From contig JBKJOZ010000220.1 of assembly GCA_046595315.1 (NCBI GenBank), positions 1 through 44,482 on the forward strand: a stretch of 44,482 nt of DNA, in the 5' to 3' direction. This DNA is from Limisphaerales bacterium. GTDB lineage: Bacteria > Verrucomicrobiota > Verrucomicrobiia > Limisphaerales > CANJXF01. Position 1 is the first letter of the stretch. Every line of letters begins with the position of its first letter. Below are positions 43,703 through 44,482 of this stretch, piece by piece. The position numbers were made by a program, and so were the translations under genes. Under the pieces are notes generated by a model. That model worked only from the letters and a program-made list of their open reading frames with translations. It did no database searches and had not been told where the DNA came from.

Positions 43703-43884
43703 CGGCCTGCTTCGTAATGGTCATCGGCACGTTTGAGTGCGGAATCCAGTCGTCCGGCTTGCATGTCTTGCTCAATTTGCCGATCCCATTGTTCCGCGAT
43801 GAACTCCTCAAACCACTCGGAGAAACGAGCCAGTTCCGCAGTCGGGAGCTTGGAAACAACTGATTCAAGTTCTTCAACGCTCAT
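43687..43884 (-). CDS. Putative antitoxin (addiction-module component)
   Basis: 65-aa acidic helical ORF (LESVVSKLPTAELARFSEWFEEF...) immediately upstream of and overlapping the toxin ORF, which is the classic antitoxin-toxin order. Confidence 0.5.
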   Translation of the reverse strand: MSVEELESVVSKLPTAELARFSEWFEEFIAEQWDRQIEQDMQAGRLDSALKRADDHYEAGRCKPL

Positions 43885-44025
43885 GGGGAAATAATACTCA
43901 TGCTATCTGGTTACGGCAAAGGAAAGAATGCTGGGGACCAACGGTAATCCGGCGCGAATCGCCATTCTCAAAACCGTCGCAGGCTCCTCGTGGATGAGGG
44001 AAACAATGCATTCGAGCGCAAAGAA

Positions 44026-44482
44026 TCATTTTAATTTGAATGTCTGTCGGATCTTCGCAAAATCGGCCGCAAACGTTTTTAGATCCCCGACCGTTGCATA
44101 TTCGGTAATCAAACAAACGTTATCATCTTTCTCAAAGGTAAACATCCGTGCTTGAGAGCGAACGATTCCTTGAATCTTTCCTTCTATCTCAAAACCTTTC
44201 CCCTCGTAATTCGACCATTTCTTTATCGGACTGGATTTCATCTCTGTAAACTTTTTTTGCCATTGTTCCATTTGAGTTTTGATCAAGACATCGGCTGAAG
44301 CTCCTTTTGACTTTTTACCGATAATGACTATGAAAAGGCAGGATTCCGGATTTTCAAAAAAAACAAAAGAATCAGGATCGTGCATGTCATCTTTTGTGTC
44401 CTCGGTCCAATTTTGAGGAAGCGAAACCGAGAACGTCTTCCGATTTATCTCTGCCGTGTGGCCGACCATGCAAGAGAAGACC
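44026..44482 (-). CDS. Hypothetical protein, probably a lipoprotein with a PsbP/DcrB(DUF1795)-like domain; 5' end outside the window
   Basis: The frame stays open to the window edge (..VFSC precedes the in-window M, and VFSC looks like a lipobox). FSVSLPQNWTE... resembles the first strand of DUF1795/PsbP-like domains. By eye this segment is AT-richer than the rest of the window. Confidence 0.4.
   Translation of the reverse strand, partial: VFSCMVGHTAEINRKTFSVSLPQNWTEDTKDDMHDPDSFVFFENPESCLFIVIIGKKSKGASADVLIKTQMEQWQKKFTEMKSSPIKKWSNYEGKGFEIEGKIQGIVRSQARMFTFEKDDNVCLITEYATVGDLKTFAADFAKIRQTFKLK

Overview
This 44.5-kb chromosomal window looks like a PVC-superphylum (Verrucomicrobiota-like) genome. 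The evidence is a DUF1559-type prepilin-like protein, giant LamG/Ig and beta-helix secreted proteins that share a C-terminal ...FYR module, and a futalosine-pathway radical SAM gene. I support about 40 protein-coding genes. I recognised no rRNA, tRNA, CRISPR array, transposase or integrase. Gene blocks, left to right: (1) 1-6.6 kb, secreted repeat proteins flanking a pseudopilin-like operon. (2) 6.6-13.05 kb, a five-gene minus-strand operon joined by start/stop overlaps (MurG-fold GT, MsbA-type ABC exporter, GT4, GT4, kinase-fold protein), facing a divergent YfhO-like GT-C membrane protein. (3) 15.9-25.4 kb, housekeeping and miscellaneous genes (NIF3-like, speA, GT2, mqnC-like, GH42-like, SIS, serine hydrolase). 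(4) 25.5-28.2 kb, a radical SAM gene tightly coupled to a DUF4130-like::family-4 UDG fusion that carries the UdgX-type KRRIH motif. I consider this the most interesting uncharacterised system in the window. (5) 28.3-39.7 kb, MEKHLA, M48 peptidase, ceramidase-like, coaD, yceD-rpmF-plsX-fabH, PilZ-like/intradiol-dioxygenase-like, pilT, waaA and a permease. (6) 39.7-40.5 kb, an unusually structured non-coding region around a 110-aa orphan ORF, including a terminator/anti-terminator pair that suggests a riboswitch or attenuator. (7) 40.5-44.5 kb, a Ser/Thr kinase, a PQQ-propeller protein, a RelE/ParE-type TA pair and a truncated lipoprotein gene at an AT-richer edge. All functional calls come from motifs read by eye in the translated ORFs; no database search was run.
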